Shown piece by piece: positions 1-14,281 of a stretch of DNA of 64,000 nt. The stretch comes from Amoebidium appalachense (taxonomy: Eukaryota > Protista > Ichthyosporea). Each line of letters opens with the position of its first letter. Positions within the stretch are counted from its first letter, which is position 1. Position numbers and translations under genes: made by a program. The notes under the pieces are model-generated. The model did not search any database. It was not told the DNA's origin and was given only the letters and a program-made list of their open reading frames with translations. The stretch is taken from contig CAVNZM010000014.1 of assembly GCA_963693365.1 (NCBI GenBank), forward strand, positions 7,130,001 through 7,194,000, in the 5' to 3' direction.

Positions 1-153
1 AGAGTGACACACACACATGCATGCCCACACATGCACACACACACAGGCACACCCCCCCACACACACGCGCGCGCGCACTCACACAACACACACAAACACG
101 CACACGCGCACACACACACACACTCACAGGCACACGCACACGCGTACGTGCGT

Positions 154-231
<78 letters not shown>

Positions 232-1488
232 ACAAACAAGCAATATTCGATATACAGGGTCTTTTTCTTTTTCACCTCTCCAACTCCTTCTCACCCCCCT
301 CACCCCCCCCCCCCCCTTTCCCCCCTCCCCCCCCCCCCCCCCCTCCCTTCGGGCCTATTCACAAACCCTCACCCTCCTCCAACACCTCCCCATTCCCCCC
401 CCCCCCCCCCCCCCCAAACACACAAACACACACACCATCACCACCCCCACCTTCCTCCCCATTCTGTCCTGTACCACGGCTTAGCATGTGATCACAAAGA
501 GGGAATGTAACGGCATGTCGTTTTTGCCGTTTTTCTGCTTGCACTTTATCTCCGATGGGCAAAGAAAGAGGGTGGGATTTTTGTAATTGCCGAAGTTTAA
601 ACCACGTCTGGGTATCCTCTTAGGCTCTCATTTGCGTAACCCATTTGGGACCCCAGACGGACCCGGGGGGGGGAGGGGGAGGGGGGGAGGGGGGGGGGGG
701 ATGGGGGGATGGGGGGGGGGGGGGGGGGAGGGGGAGGGGGGAAACAAACACATCTCATCATTGTGCGTACCAATTACCTTACGCTTACAGTTTCATGACA
801 TTCACACTAACATAAAATGGCCCAAATTTCACAATTTGTACAACCTCGCACGCACACATGCACACACGCACACATGCATGCATGCAAACACACACGTACG
901 CACTCACTCACACACGCACGCACACACACGGACACACACACGTACGGGCCAACCATCACACACACTCATTCACCCACCACCCACTCACGTCAACCACTTA
1001 CAGGCACCACATCCACATGCCAATGGGCTAAGTGTCATCGACATGGTTTTGGCCACAAATTTGGGTGTTTGCAGTGATGACGACGGGAGTGGGAGAAGGG
1101 CTTCACCATGGCGGGTTTATAAGACTAATAGGCTATAGGGTTATCACTGTGTGTGCGGATAGGTGGATATGTTGGAGGACTAGGTATATCTCGTAATTTT
1201 CGTATTCTATACATGGTTTATCATGTAAAATTCATTTTCTATACTTTTATCGCACGTTTTCTTTTGTGAGAACTCTTTTTGAATTGTAACTTTATCAATC
1301 GAAGTTCTTATTCTGAAAATATATCGTCTTAATCCTTTCTGTGTGTTTTGGTGTTGCATGTTTCTTTCATGTCTATGTAGGCCCGCCAGACCCTCCCCCC
1401 CCCCTCCCTCCCTCCCCCTCCCCCCCGCCCCCCTCCTCCCCGGACGCACACACACATCGTGTATGTACACATTTGCACGCGTATGGGT

Positions 1489-1552
<64 letters not shown>

Positions 1553-2475
1553 ACAGGCTCTCTTTTGCCCTTTCTTCTGCGTTTGGTGGCCGTAGTTGTC
1601 CCCGGGAAAGGAGGAGTGGGGGGGGGGGGACTCTTCTACCTTGTGCAAGGAGGCTATTCCGACTCGTTGGGATCGAGTATTTCGGCTATTAGGCTGAGTG
1701 TTGCTGTTAACAGTTTTAGAATGTGCTGGTGGTGCTGTGACCGCAAGGATTTGTTTTTATAAACTTTTTAATTATCTTTTCAAGGATATGTGTATACCCC
1801 CATGTACCTGATTTTGATATAACACTGAGGGGATATACCGACCAAAACCCCTCCATACCTGAGACTGGTCTCGTTGTGCCTCAAGTAAAACACCATAAAC
1901 CTCCCCATGTGTATTTGTATCCACAAGACTCAAATGAAAGCTGCTATCAGAATATGTGTCTTCCTTGCGTATGCATAAACCTCGAATCAGGATACACGAA
2001 CACAACAGTTTGATCATTAGTATATTACCATATATGGTGTCGCATCATGTTATTCATATAGGCATTGGGGGTGGGTTCGCATACTTATTGTGCAGGGCGG
2101 GCCGTGTATCAATACACGAATTTACCAGTAAGGAGGTGTATAAATGTGCCAGTGGCCACTGTATGGAACAAAATACATGGGTTGGCAATCTCAGTTTCTT
2201 TAGCTTCCGTCTCGTCTTAGTCTCTAAGAAGTAGAATTTCTCGATGTCCCCTTAACAACGGGTTTGCTGGTGGGCCTATTCTTGTTTTCAAAGTTCTGCA
2301 TGTTGCTGTAGTACTTGTTTATCTATTTTTTGGTTTAAGTTTCTCAAATCTTTTTTTTTTTTTTTTTCCCTTTTCAAAGCTGGGTGTGTGTGTGTGTGTG
2401 TGTGCGTGTGCGAGCGCGTGCGCGTGTACGTGTGTGTGTGTGTGTTGTGGGTGTGTGGGTGTGTGTGTGTGTGAC

Positions 2476-2536
<61 letters not shown>

Positions 2537-2654
2537 TGACACAACATACTCTCTGACATTTACAATTACACATGTGCGCAGATGCACACACAGTGTATGA
2601 CCATTTGTGCACAAAGGATGTGTGTGTGTGTGTGCGTGTGCGTGTGTGTGTGTG

Positions 2655-2687
<33 letters not shown>

Positions 2688-3055
2688 GGGGGAGAGGGCC
2701 CCAGAAAGGAAGGGGGGCTGAGAGGGGGGGGGGGCGCTCAGGGGGGACGAGGGCCTCAGAAAAGAAAGGGGGGCTGAGGGGGGGGGGGGGGGGGGGAGAA
2801 GGAGGGAGGGGGGAGGGCCCCCGGAATTCAGGAAAGAAATGGGGCTGAGGAGGAGGTGGGGGGCTCGGGGGGAGGGGGGGCAGCAGAAAGAAAGTGGCGG
2901 TAGAGTATAGTTAGGACACGCTGATGCAATTAACAAAACGACTCAGAAAACAACAAGCTTTTATTGGTTTACACGGTCTATATTTTTGGGGACGGTGGGA
3001 GCACAGCCCCTCGTGTGCATGTGTGGCTTACTGCGTTTTCCAGCACGGCCACACA

Positions 3056-3082
3056 CTAGACGAGGGGCGCCGCAGGCGCCCC
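3056..3082 (-). mobile_element. Helitron-like 3' terminus
   Basis: The minus strand reads GGGGCGCC-TGC-GGCGCCCC-TCGT-CTAG|T: a GC hairpin followed by CTAG and a host T. The 5' end is not defined. Confidence 0.5.
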
Positions 3083-3791
3083 AAGCTATATATACACTGG
3101 AACACCCATTACTCGCTTGGGTGCCTGGATAAGAAAGACAAAGCTAAAACTACCAAATCAAACTTAGCCAAGTTAAGGAGAAAATCTATCACAGAGAACC
3201 CCTCCAAGTGGGGGGTCTCTGCCGGAAGTGCATTTACATAGCTATGGAAAGAGGCTAAGGCCTCTAAGGGGAGTATCTCCGTGAAGAACTGTATGCTAAT
3301 GCAAATAACATGTTCTCCTATGAATCAATCGGAATCGATATCAATAAAGCGATACATACCAGCTGCAGTGAAGTTAAATACCAAAAACCTTTATAACCTA
3401 CATACATAAAGTGGTACTATAACACAGGATACATGAACACACTGTGCTACCTTAAAACAGCACAATGTACAGGGAGCACACACACGTGACATACACGTGA
3501 CCAAGCTATGACACAGAAGACAAACTGAAGACACGATCAGGAACACAAAAAAAACAAATAACTAACTAGAGGCTGTGACGTGTGCATCTATCCTGACATG
3601 TGCACTGACATCTCACAAATAAACGATCGGATATTCACAGTATGGGCCTGGTCTGCCTACTGTGTACACAAACATGCAGTTGAAGTTTTTTACCCAATCA
3701 CACAGAAGAGTGACAGAGAAAACAAACGGAAAGAGAAACGGCAAAATGAAAATTCCGAAAGGAAACTTAAGAGAGAAGAAAGCACGAAGAG

Positions 3792-3860
<69 letters not shown>

Positions 3861-3949
3861 GACGAGCAAACAGAAAAAGGCTAACATTAACAGGACACTA
3901 ACTACTCATGTCATGTACTCGCGTGAGTACACGTACGCAACAACAGTGT

Positions 3950-3999
<50 letters not shown>

Positions 4000-4080
4000 A
4001 GAGGAGAAGGTCAAGCACATGCGGAGTTCTCTTCCACAACCAGGCCATGATACTTTGATACTTGCTGCACCACTAGAACA

Positions 4081-4284
4081 TCAGAGACGATTGGGGGCAA
4101 GTCTGTCAATCAACCTGGGGCGCGATCTAGATTTTTCCAAGCTGACGACGCCCAGATACCCATCCGGCATGTACCCTTTTTGGACGTCCAGAATCTCCTC
4201 GTCCAAAGTGTTGTGGCCCCTGATCTTTGAAAGTTCATCTTTATGGGACTTCTTCATCAGTTTCTCCATGTAGGGTAGGCCATG
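4081..4284 (-). CDS. SET gene terminal exon (HGLPYMEKLMKK...LAPNRL*)
   Basis: cacag acceptor, phase 0, 204 nt ending in TGA. Confidence 0.75.
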   Translation of the reverse strand, partial: HGLPYMEKLMKKSHKDELSKIRGHNTLDEEILDVQKGYMPDGYLGVVSLEKSRSRPRLIDRLAPNRL

Positions 4285-4539
4285 CTGTGAGCGCAAAACT
4301 GTAAGTGATGATTACGTATATATGCCCTGTTAAAGACGAGAGAGAGAGAGAGGGGGGGGGGGGGGGGGGGGGGGACAGAGAGAGAGAGAGGGGGGGGGGG
4401 GGAGGGGGGGAGAGAGAGAGGGAGAGAGAGAGGGAGGGAGGGAGGGAGGGATTGAGGGAGGGAGCGAGGGGAGGGAGGGAGGGAGGGAGGGAGGGAGGGA
4501 GGGAGGGAGGGAGGGAGGTAGGGGGGAGGGAGTGAGGGA

Positions 4540-4580
<41 letters not shown>

Positions 4581-4743
4581 CGGCAAGTGTGTGTGTGTGT
4601 GCGAGAGAGAGAGAGGGGGGGGGGGGAGAGAGAGAGGCTGGGGTGTGGAGAGTACAGAGAGGGAGGGAGGGAGGGAGGGAGGGAGGGAGGGAGGGAGAGA
4701 GAGAGAAAGAGAGTCGGTATGTGTGTGTGTGTGTGTGTGCGCG

Positions 4744-4826
<83 letters not shown>

Positions 4827-5233
4827 GGAGAGATAGAGCGAGAGGTGAGTGAGAGAGAGAAAGAGAAAGAGTGAAAGAAGTACTGAGAATGTGGAGAAAG
4901 AGGGGGAGGGGGGAGAAAGCCAGAGAGAGGCAGAGGTCCGTCCGCCTGACCGCCCGCCTCCCCCCCCCCCCCCCCCCCCCCCCACCCCCCACACACACCA
5001 CCACACCACGCCCGCCCGCCCGCCTGCCCGCCCGGAAGCGTCGCGCGCATGCACGCACGGACGCACACACGCACGCACGCACGCACACACGTACAGACAA
5101 GCATATACACACCAAAACAAACACGCACATCCACCCACCCACCCACAACCACACACACACACCCACCAACTCACCCACCCAACCACCCACGCACACACAC
5201 CCACCCACCCACACCCATACACACACACTTACA

Positions 5234-5363
<130 letters not shown>

Positions 5364-5704
5364 CACACACATATGGCCATGTTGATGCCTTGGAGCAGGC
5401 ATAAAGAAAACCACCCCGTCCGTACAAATACATCAGCAAACCGTGATCCGGTAGCACACCCTTAAATCCCAACAGACACACAGAGACCCGTCGTGACATG
5501 ATAATGTCATGCTTATTACTAAGGTGGCTCTGTTATTTAATGACCGAACACCATAAAGGCGGGCTTTTTTTGAATATGGGGCGGGCGGGAGGGGGGGAGG
5601 GGGGGAGGGGGGAGGGGGAGAAAGGAAAAGGGGGCGAGGGGAGTGGGGGAGGGAAGGGGGGAGGGGGGGGAGGGGGGGGGGGGGGGGGAGAGAGAGAGGG
5701 GGGG

Positions 5705-5936
<232 letters not shown>

Positions 5937-6017
5937 GAAGGTGTCAACACAGAGTGATGAAGAGGATGAAGAGAGAGTGGAAGGCTGAGATGGGCGGAAT
6001 TTGCGTAAGGAGGTTAC

Positions 6018-6092
6018 CTTGTTCTTATTAAGGGCAGCTGTGTAGTTTGGTCCATACTCAGCCCGTATATCCGTTGTAGCCGGGATGGAAAC
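6018..6092 (-). CDS. SET gene exon carrying SET motif IV (VSIPATTDIRAEYGPNYTAALNKNK)
   Basis: ttcag acceptor and gtaacc donor, 75 nt, phase 0/0. DIRAEYGxxY aligns with the ELxxDYGxxY SET terminus. Confidence 0.85.
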
Positions 6093-6812
6093 CTGAATCA
6101 GGGACAAAAGAATTAACCTGTATTAAATTTGACTGTGCAGGGCGATACACCTTCGAACGAGAACAAAAAGAATGGGATAAGCCAAACTCCCGAGTTTGAC
6201 GAGAGGAGAACTGTGAATGGGTGGTGGGGGTGTACGGGCCGGGGGGGGGGGGGGGGGGAGGGAGGGGGGGGGGGGGAAGGGGGGGGGGGGGGGAGGGGAG
6301 GGGATGGGATGGGGGGAGGGGGGGGGGGGGGAGAGGAGAGTTTGAAAACGCTGAGCCAAGGTTCACCCACAGCATATAGTAATCTTCAACATTATCAGCC
6401 CGCAAGCCCTTATACGATGCACTGCCAGTGCAAGGCCTTGCACAATGCACTGCCATAGGTGGGTCTCAACCTAAGGGTTCTTCTATTTTCTTCCTTCCCC
6501 TTCTGCGAGCCGTATTCTCCTCTGGCTTCAAATCCTTGTTCTTCTTCTCATCCAACTCTTTTTTGAATCCCTTTTTCCCTCCTCCGAGGAGTCCTCCTCC
6601 TCCTTCTTCATCCACCCCCCCCCCCCCCCCCCCCTCTTTTTTTACGTTCGCGCACATGTCTGACAGGTCTCTGATTCGGTTAAATACAAGACCGGGGCTT
6701 GACATTTGTACAGAGTAGAACTGTGTGGTGTGATTCATAAGCCTTCCGCCGAGTGAGTTGCAGAAAAGCTTTGGAAGTTCAAATATTTGTGAACAGGTGT
6801 GATCGTGATTGT

Positions 6813-7001
<189 letters not shown>

Positions 7002-7164
7002 CCTGTTTGTGCGTGTCAGCGTACTTAATGCCCTCCATTTTTGTGTGTGGTTGCATGTGAGAATTCATGTATGTGCCTTCTTCAATTGGGGGGGGGGGGG
7101 GGGGAAGAGAGAGACTCCAAAGGGGGGGGGGGGGGGGGGGGGCTTCTTGTGTCCGATCCCATAC

Positions 7165-7630
7165 CCCGCTTGTCCTCACGGTGACGATGGGTTTCGCAAA
7201 TTTGCGAGAGCTGCTGGAGCGAGTGGAGGATCCAACACAATGGTACACAATATTTGGCCGAGGGTTGGTGCCATTTGGGTCCCGTCTGAGCCATGGGTCG
7301 ATGTCCAAGTTAGCAGGGTCCTGGGCATGCTCGGGGTTCACCCAGATATCCGTGCTATTGATGGCCGCACCATCCGACATGTAGCTGCGCGAAGAACCAT
7401 CTCCGCGAATCACATAATTCTTGGGGTGGCCCGGGACAACAATTTCAGCGTGGTGACTGCTGTCCGCGCCGCAGGGCTCATAGGCGGGGCCCGTGTATAT
7501 GCCGAGAGTGATATTGTCTTTGAAGCCTGGCTGGACGTCAATGTCAAGCCGTGCACGTACGCTGTACTGTTCGGGCGCCCCAGGTCCAAGCTCCCCGGCA
7601 CGGACCCTATATCGGGTGATCATTCCCAGG
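7165..7630 (-). CDS. SET gene exon, main body of the SET domain
   Basis: ctaat branch point, cgtag acceptor and gtatgg donor, 466 nt, phase 2/0. Contains VRAGELGPGAPEQYSVRARLDI, LGIYTG, DGAAINS and RPNIVY. Confidence 0.85.
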
Positions 7631-7802
7631 CTACGCGAGGCAGAGATATTAGCTGAGACAGGTCATTTGGACGCGGTAACTCTCAGAATCGGGGTTAGAG
7701 CCTATCCACTAGGATTATAATAAGTATTGCTTCACCGTAATTTGATAAGATTTGAACAGTGAAACTGCTATTTCATGCGACGTCTGAGGCTTTGCGGTAC
7801 TA

Positions 7803-7910
<108 letters not shown>

Positions 7911-8008
7911 CTGTCTCCCTCCCTCCCTCCCTCCCTCCCTCTCCCCCCCCCCCCCCCCCCCCCCCTCTATCTCTCTCTCTCTCTCAATGTATGTGTCAGT
8001 TAAGGGTT

Positions 8009-8156
<148 letters not shown>

Positions 8157-8633
8157 CGTGTGTTCGTGTGTGTGTGTTCTAAGACTTGTTTGTCCGTGAG
8201 TGTCACGGTAGGCACGTGTGGGTGTCACGGTGTGTGTGTCTGTGTGTATGCAGCGTGACCTGTGTGTGTGAGTCTGTGTGCATGTGAGTGTGTGTGTGTA
8301 CATGCATGGAAAATAAATGAGGGTGTGTTTGCAAGAGAGAGAGAGAGATAGGGAGAGAAAGAGAGGGAGTGAGAGGGAGGGAGGGAGGGAGGGAGGGAGG
8401 GGGGGAGGAAGGGAGGGAGGGAGGGAGGGAGGGAGGGAGGGAGGGGGGGGGGGGGGGAGGGGAGGGGGGAGGGGGGAGGGAGGGAGGGAGGGAGGGAGGG
8501 AGGGAGGGAGGGAGGGAGGGAGGGAGGGAGGGAGGGAGGGAGGGAGGGAGGGAGAGGAGAGAGAGAGCGAGTGTGTGTGTGTGTTTGTCGGTATAATGTT
8601 TGTGCAAAAAAATAAGGTTGATGGCGTACTTAC

Positions 8634-8701
8634 GTGGGAACCTGGTATGGTTTGAGAGGCGGGGCAGACACCCATGGCAGTCCAGCGTCGCGCTGCTTGG
8701 C
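8634..8701 (-). CDS. SET gene exon (AKQRDAGLPWVSAPPLKPYQVP)
   Basis: tacag acceptor and gtaagt donor, 68 nt, phase 0/2, matching both neighbours. Confidence 0.8.
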
Positions 8702-9792
8702 CTGTATTTTCTCCGCATCCTTCTTCTTCTTTGCGAAGAGGGATGATAGGGACTTTTGATACACGGAGCCCTGCGACCAAGGCAAAATCAAAAAAAATAA
8801 TTTTAAAAAAAAACCTGGGGTATATGCGAGACGTCACTGGGTATATTCAGTTCCCCACTCTGGTACATCCGCACCTTTTCCAGCACGAGCAGACTTTCGA
8901 AATGAATCTTAAGGCTTTCGGAACCCTCTCAATTATTGATTCAATAAAACATGAAGGTGGCCACATGTAACTAATGTTAAAGAAATTTCACGCAAAATAC
9001 ATGCCATCAGCAAATTTGCTTTCTAGCAACTTGCCCTCAGTTTCATGACAGTATCATCATAGAAAAACCCGAAAGTAAGCTTAGATTACGGTATACATGG
9101 CTACATTTTTAAATAAAAATCATTCGGGATTGCTTAAACTTACATGGTTCAGGTTGTAAACATTGGCAGCCGGCACAATGGCAAAAATTCCCTTTCCTTG
9201 GAAGCTGCTCCATGCAGAGAGGGCCAGAAGCCTAGGGTCCAAGGTGTAGTGGGGATGGGGGACCGCCTGACCGTATTGAACCTGAAAGGCATGTGTTGAG
9301 ACCGTAGGGAACAACTGGACAACACCCACACTCTTGGAGAGAGCAAAAAAGGCCCATGGCTCAAGTACATTAGGGCAAATGGCAACATGCAACCATGATG
9401 TGATATTTCACTAGTGACACCGAGTATCACACAAAAGTCCGGGTAACCACTTTTTTTAGAAGACAAATTCATGTTACAGTACACAGTAACTGTTTTTTTT
9501 TCTTTCTCTTTCTTTTCTTTTTTTTCCCGGAGGGGGGGGGGGGGGGGGGGAGGGGGGGGGAGGGGGGGGGGGTAAGAGAGGAGGATGGACGACACACACA
9601 TCCATACACACACATGGCCGCCCCAAGAATACATAAGGCACAGGAAGATATTCTTCTACTCCTCCCCCCCCCCCCCCCCCCCCTTTTCCCCGCCAAAAAC
9701 TGTAGAATAGATCACAATGTACATGCTGCCATTAATGTGGTTCTGGTAACCCTGCAATGGCAGTTTGTCAGTATGTTTTTTTGGAAGATTAC

Positions 9793-9953
9793 CAAGTGTC
9801 CACCAACCCAGATGAGCTTTGTCTGTTCGTCAAGCCTGGCGCCAAGTGGCATTGACCGGCCAATGTTGTCGGGCATGTACAGGTCGACGAGCTTGCGTCC
9901 ATTGATGGTCGTCTTCGGGAACATCACAGCGTAAAACACTGTTGTCCTGCTGT
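9793..9953 (-). CDS. SET gene exon (DSRTTVFYAVMFPK...WVGGHL)
   Basis: tgcag acceptor and gtaatc donor, 161 nt, phase 1/0. Confidence 0.8.
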
Positions 9954-10838
9954 CTGCAAAAGATGGGCACGTGTTAATTAAACATTGACTAATTTGGTAC
10001 CGGTGACTCGGAGAGAATAAAACCCTTTCAAAGATGCACAAGGAGAAAAGAGTGGGGCAGGGAATGAGAGGTGGCAGAGAACAAGAGAAACAAGCCTTGC
10101 ACCAGCTGAATAATGGGCTTAGCCAGGCACGGAGGGGGCAGTTTGTTGGTCGCAAGGGAAGGGGGGATGTCGTTCACCTAGGGTTTTGCTGTATTGCACA
10201 CACCGTGCTATCGTTCGACCAGCATGCTGCTAATCTTAATTTTAACTTTAAGTGAACGTCAGAATGTCAATATAGCAATTAAGAATCTGACAATATGCTG
10301 CTCCAAGTCATAACAGTAAGACTTAGTACCGCAACTAGGACAAGTTTACTACTGAAAACACGCAAGGGCGGCTCGTGGCTGGGCCAATCAAGACGAAGCG
10401 GTTGGTTTTTTGTTCTACTGACGTCATTGGGGTGCAACCAAGGTGTTTAATTGGCCAACATGTTCTTTGGAATGGCGAGTGTCGATAAGATAACCGGGAG
10501 GAACGTGCCCAAGTGCACGTCACACTGTGGCAGACTTTAAACTTTTATGTCTGAATCCTTATACAAATATATTTATATTCTTTTTCTCCTCCCCCTCCCC
10601 CCCCCCCCCCCCCCCCCACCACCACCACCACCATTCAGATCCCCGCTCTTTCCATAGCCGCCCGTGTGCAAACTATTAGAGCAGCCTGCCAATGGCAGCT
10701 GCCGCTGCGGGTGATGAGAATGGAATGCAATCAACTATATAAAGTTTATATATCCGTGCAGGGGAAGAGCAACCAAACCGCAGATGGTTGTGTAAAACAG
10801 ATTCTAGCTTGACAGGAACGTGTGCCGTGTAGACTTAC

Positions 10839-11043
10839 CCACAATACCCATCTGCATGCAAGCACCGATCAGGTTAACTACCCCCATGGGGACTTCCTGG
10901 TATGAGCCCTCCTTTGCAGGCTTCCCGAGCAAGGTTTTGTTTGTGAGCACTTGAAACACAGTGTTCGCCTCCACTACGTCCTCAATAAAGCGCATCCGGA
11001 CTTGAATCTTGCCATCCTTTCCTGGGTTTATGGCTTTATACTC
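10839..11043 (-). CDS. SET gene exon (EYKAINPGKDGKIQVRMRF...MQMGIV); alternative in-frame acceptor at 11067
   Basis: tacag acceptor and gtaagt donor, phase 0/1. Confidence 0.78.
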
Positions 11044-11250
11044 CTGTATGGGAGTGTGATTAAAATCCTGCAATGAATCTCAGTCACAGTGTCGGTAGCC
11101 AAGCATCACACGTTTGCTTGAATGAAGTCAGTTAGTGTGTGAAGCGTGAACTTCAATCATGATTGTGTGTATGAAAACTTTACGTTGTGAGGATGAGGGC
11201 CAACCTTGGCAATTGTTTGTAACTAAGTGCGTCACGTAGTATGTTGTGCC

Positions 11251-11251
11251 A

Positions 11252-11343
<92 letters not shown>

Positions 11344-11370
11344 CACACGCACGCACGCACGCACGCACAC
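11251..11370. repeat. (GCAC)n tetranucleotide microsatellite
   Basis: Read directly from the sequence. Confidence 0.92.
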
Positions 11371-11672
11371 GCACACACACACTCTCTGTGTCCCATAGTG
11401 GTAAACACACAAGCGCATTGTCACACACATACACAATCATATACAGATCTTTCTTCCCGCAGCCCTGGCAGCCCTAGAATCATTTTAGGTACTCTAGTCA
11501 TGATTATCTTATGACCTGGTTATCTTCACCATAAGTCTGAACAACCCCCTGTAGCAGGTCCCTTCCTCCCCCCTCCCCCCCTCCCCCCCTTCCCCATCCC
11601 TTTCTTGCCACATACAAGCGCACACCCGCACACACACGCACACCTACACACACAAGCAGGGGCGGGCGGGCT

Positions 11673-11733
<61 letters not shown>

Positions 11734-12382
11734 GGGCATGCATGCAAACAGGCAGACGGGCAAGTACTAGTAGGGCGCCAGGCAGTTAGGGCATTGGGAA
11801 AGGAGCAAATGTTGAAATAAATTAGTGGCCCAAAAGTTTTGATGTAACCAAGGACTTATTCTACACAAATGTCTCATTTAACCTCGGCCTAATCTCACAT
11901 TAGAGCACCAAACTGCGTGTGGCAAGGCCACAAGTCACATACACCGACCTTATAAGCTTGCCCAAACAAATGTTACCAGTAACATGCTGAGTGTAAATAG
12001 GTATAATTTGTCACAATGTCTGTGCGGTTACAGGACAATTTTTTTTCAATCGAGGACTACGCAATCTCACTGTGACTACTGTCATGCTTGTTCTTTTTCT
12101 GACCCATGTACAAATTCCTATTATTTTTTTGAATACAGTGTATCAATATCCACTGGTTTGAGAAGCCAGGGCAGGAATGGCACTAACCTCAGCTGCCTCA
12201 TCCCATTCCACAAGCCAGATGGCCCCACTGTCGACACCGTCAGGTATGTAGAAAACCTAAATGCACAAGGTCAGCCATGCCATCAGGGCCCCACCTGTTC
12301 TCCCGAATACGGCATTACAAGATCTCAAATGCTAGTGGCCATGTGCAATGTCAGGGTGCATTTGAAAAGGGAACTGGTTGCA

Positions 12383-12419
<37 letters not shown>

Positions 12420-12435
12420 CCAGAGTAAAACTCTA

Positions 12436-12886
12436 TGTCCGAGACGTGTTTGATGAGCAATCCAAAACACTACTTGTGTCGCCATCATGGTACGCGCACG
12501 ATCACATGAATAGGAGCTTGCGGTTATTGAGAGTGCGTGTTTAGCCAATAGGAAATCATCTTGTATGTGATTGGCTAATATTCCCTTGGGGATAGAATTT
12601 GATAGAACGTTAGTGATTGGTTTAGAAGACATTCCAGAGTAGATCGGTCGGCGGTCTAAATACGGTCCACGAACCGATCTAGAGCTCAGTTGGTTGTAGA
12701 GAGTTTTGTACACGAGTACTAGTCGTACACACTGTGGAGCTCGGCTCTGCTGACCTGTGAGGACGTATTCGGTCGAGACTCGAACCACTAGACTGACTAC
12801 TTCCTCTGTTAGACAATAAACTCTTTCCTTACACAACCTTACAACCTTTACGGTGCATTTCAGCGTGATATAGAACCCACTTTTCA
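12436..12886 (+). mobile_element. Possible solo LTR in an intron
   Basis: ~450-bp microsatellite-free block running TG...CA, with several CCAAT/ATTGG boxes, a TATA-like TCTAAATA at ~12655 and AATAAA at 12815. No clean target-site duplication. Confidence 0.35.
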
Positions 12887-13402
12887 TCTCCCGCCTCCCC
12901 CCCCCCCCTCCCCCCCCCCCCCCTTCCCCCCTCTCCCCCCCCCTCCCCCCTCCCCCCGGCTCTGTTCCTACCCCCACTTTCCCCCCACACCTACCCCTTC
13001 TCTTCCAGTGTCTCATTTCTGCACCGGTATGCAGGTGAACTACTACTGGCTAGGCAGATACTGGTGCGCTAGCGGTAGGAGGTATCAGTTGGGCACGAGT
13101 AAATGAGCAGAAGGGCCCAGGCCTAAGAGGGGTGGGGGGAGAGGGGGGAGGGGGGGGGGGGGGGGGGAGCGGGATCCACAACATGATCATCATGATTATA
13201 ATAGTTGTTGGCATAATGATGGCGTGCAAGGGGAGCCTCGTTCTTCAAGCCCGAACTTCAAGCCCGGCATACTATTCAGAAGGGAACTGAGCTCAGGTTG
13301 AGGCTGTTCACAATGGTACATAGTGCCCGCAACAGCCTCAAGTGTAACATGAACAGACAACCAAAAGAACAGTAATTGCAGGACACATCCCATGTCACTT
13401 AC

Positions 13403-13539
13403 AGTTGCAACTTCGACTGCCAGACCAAGGTCGCTGTACCACTTTTTCACCTCCTCGAGCACCCCCCCCTGTCCAAGAACTCCACGGGTGCACGCAGCTC
13501 TGGGAATACTTCGTAGAGCCCGGCCACCAGACCCTTATA
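13403..13539 (-). CDS. SET gene exon with a 1-nt frameshift in a G8 run (YKGLVAGLYEVFPELRAPVEFLDRGG/VLEEVKKWYSDLGLAVEVAT)
   Basis: cacag acceptor and gtaagt donor. The exon is 137 nt where 138 is needed; the run is C8 at 13462-13469 on the plus strand. Confidence 0.72.
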
Positions 13540-13976
13540 CTGTGTCACAGAGACAGCGTGAGTAGGCTGCATACATGAATACTCCAAACCCATAATATCT
13601 ACACGATGAACGACAAGCAAACATGCTAAGAACTACTGCTTATCTGTTCATTGAGAATAGCTAGATGAAGTTGTTAAACAACACTGGATGTGAGGGTATC
13701 GAGGATGCTAGCAAAGAGAGGCCGGGACTGGTGCAGAGGCAGATCTGGTAGGGTGGAAACGACCCAGGGGGTAATACCATTACAAGTGTAAAATATTAAA
13801 TGGTAGCCAGACTCTGCATCTACAAAGCGGCCATCCAAAGACCCTTAAAGAATCAATGAACGTGATGCGGTGAGAGCTTGGCTTATATTTCTTTTCTTTT
13901 TTTTAGTTGGGGGGGGAGGGGGGGGAGGTGGGGTCACGGTGGCAGTTTTTTTGTTTTTTTTGGTGCGTGTGTGTGT

Positions 13977-14225
<249 letters not shown>

Positions 14226-14281
14226 GTGGGGGTGAGTGTTGTGGGGGTGAGGAAGGGGGGGGGGGGGGGGGGGCTACTCAC

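Noticed and set aside
1004-1138. Possible plus-strand terminal exon (APHPHANGLSVIDMVLATN...NRL*)
   Set aside because: Only an acceptor and a short open frame, with no upstream exons or homology recognisable in the window.
2922-3310. Minus-strand solo LTR (TATA-like at ~3086, AATAAA at ~2960)
   Set aside because: There is no target-site duplication or convincing terminal repeat; the hairpin plus CTAG is better explained as a Helitron end.
12680-12800. tRNA-like motifs (GAGCTCAGTTGG on plus; GGTTCGAGTCTC on minus)
   Set aside because: The A-box-like and B-box-like motifs are on opposite strands and no cloverleaf forms.
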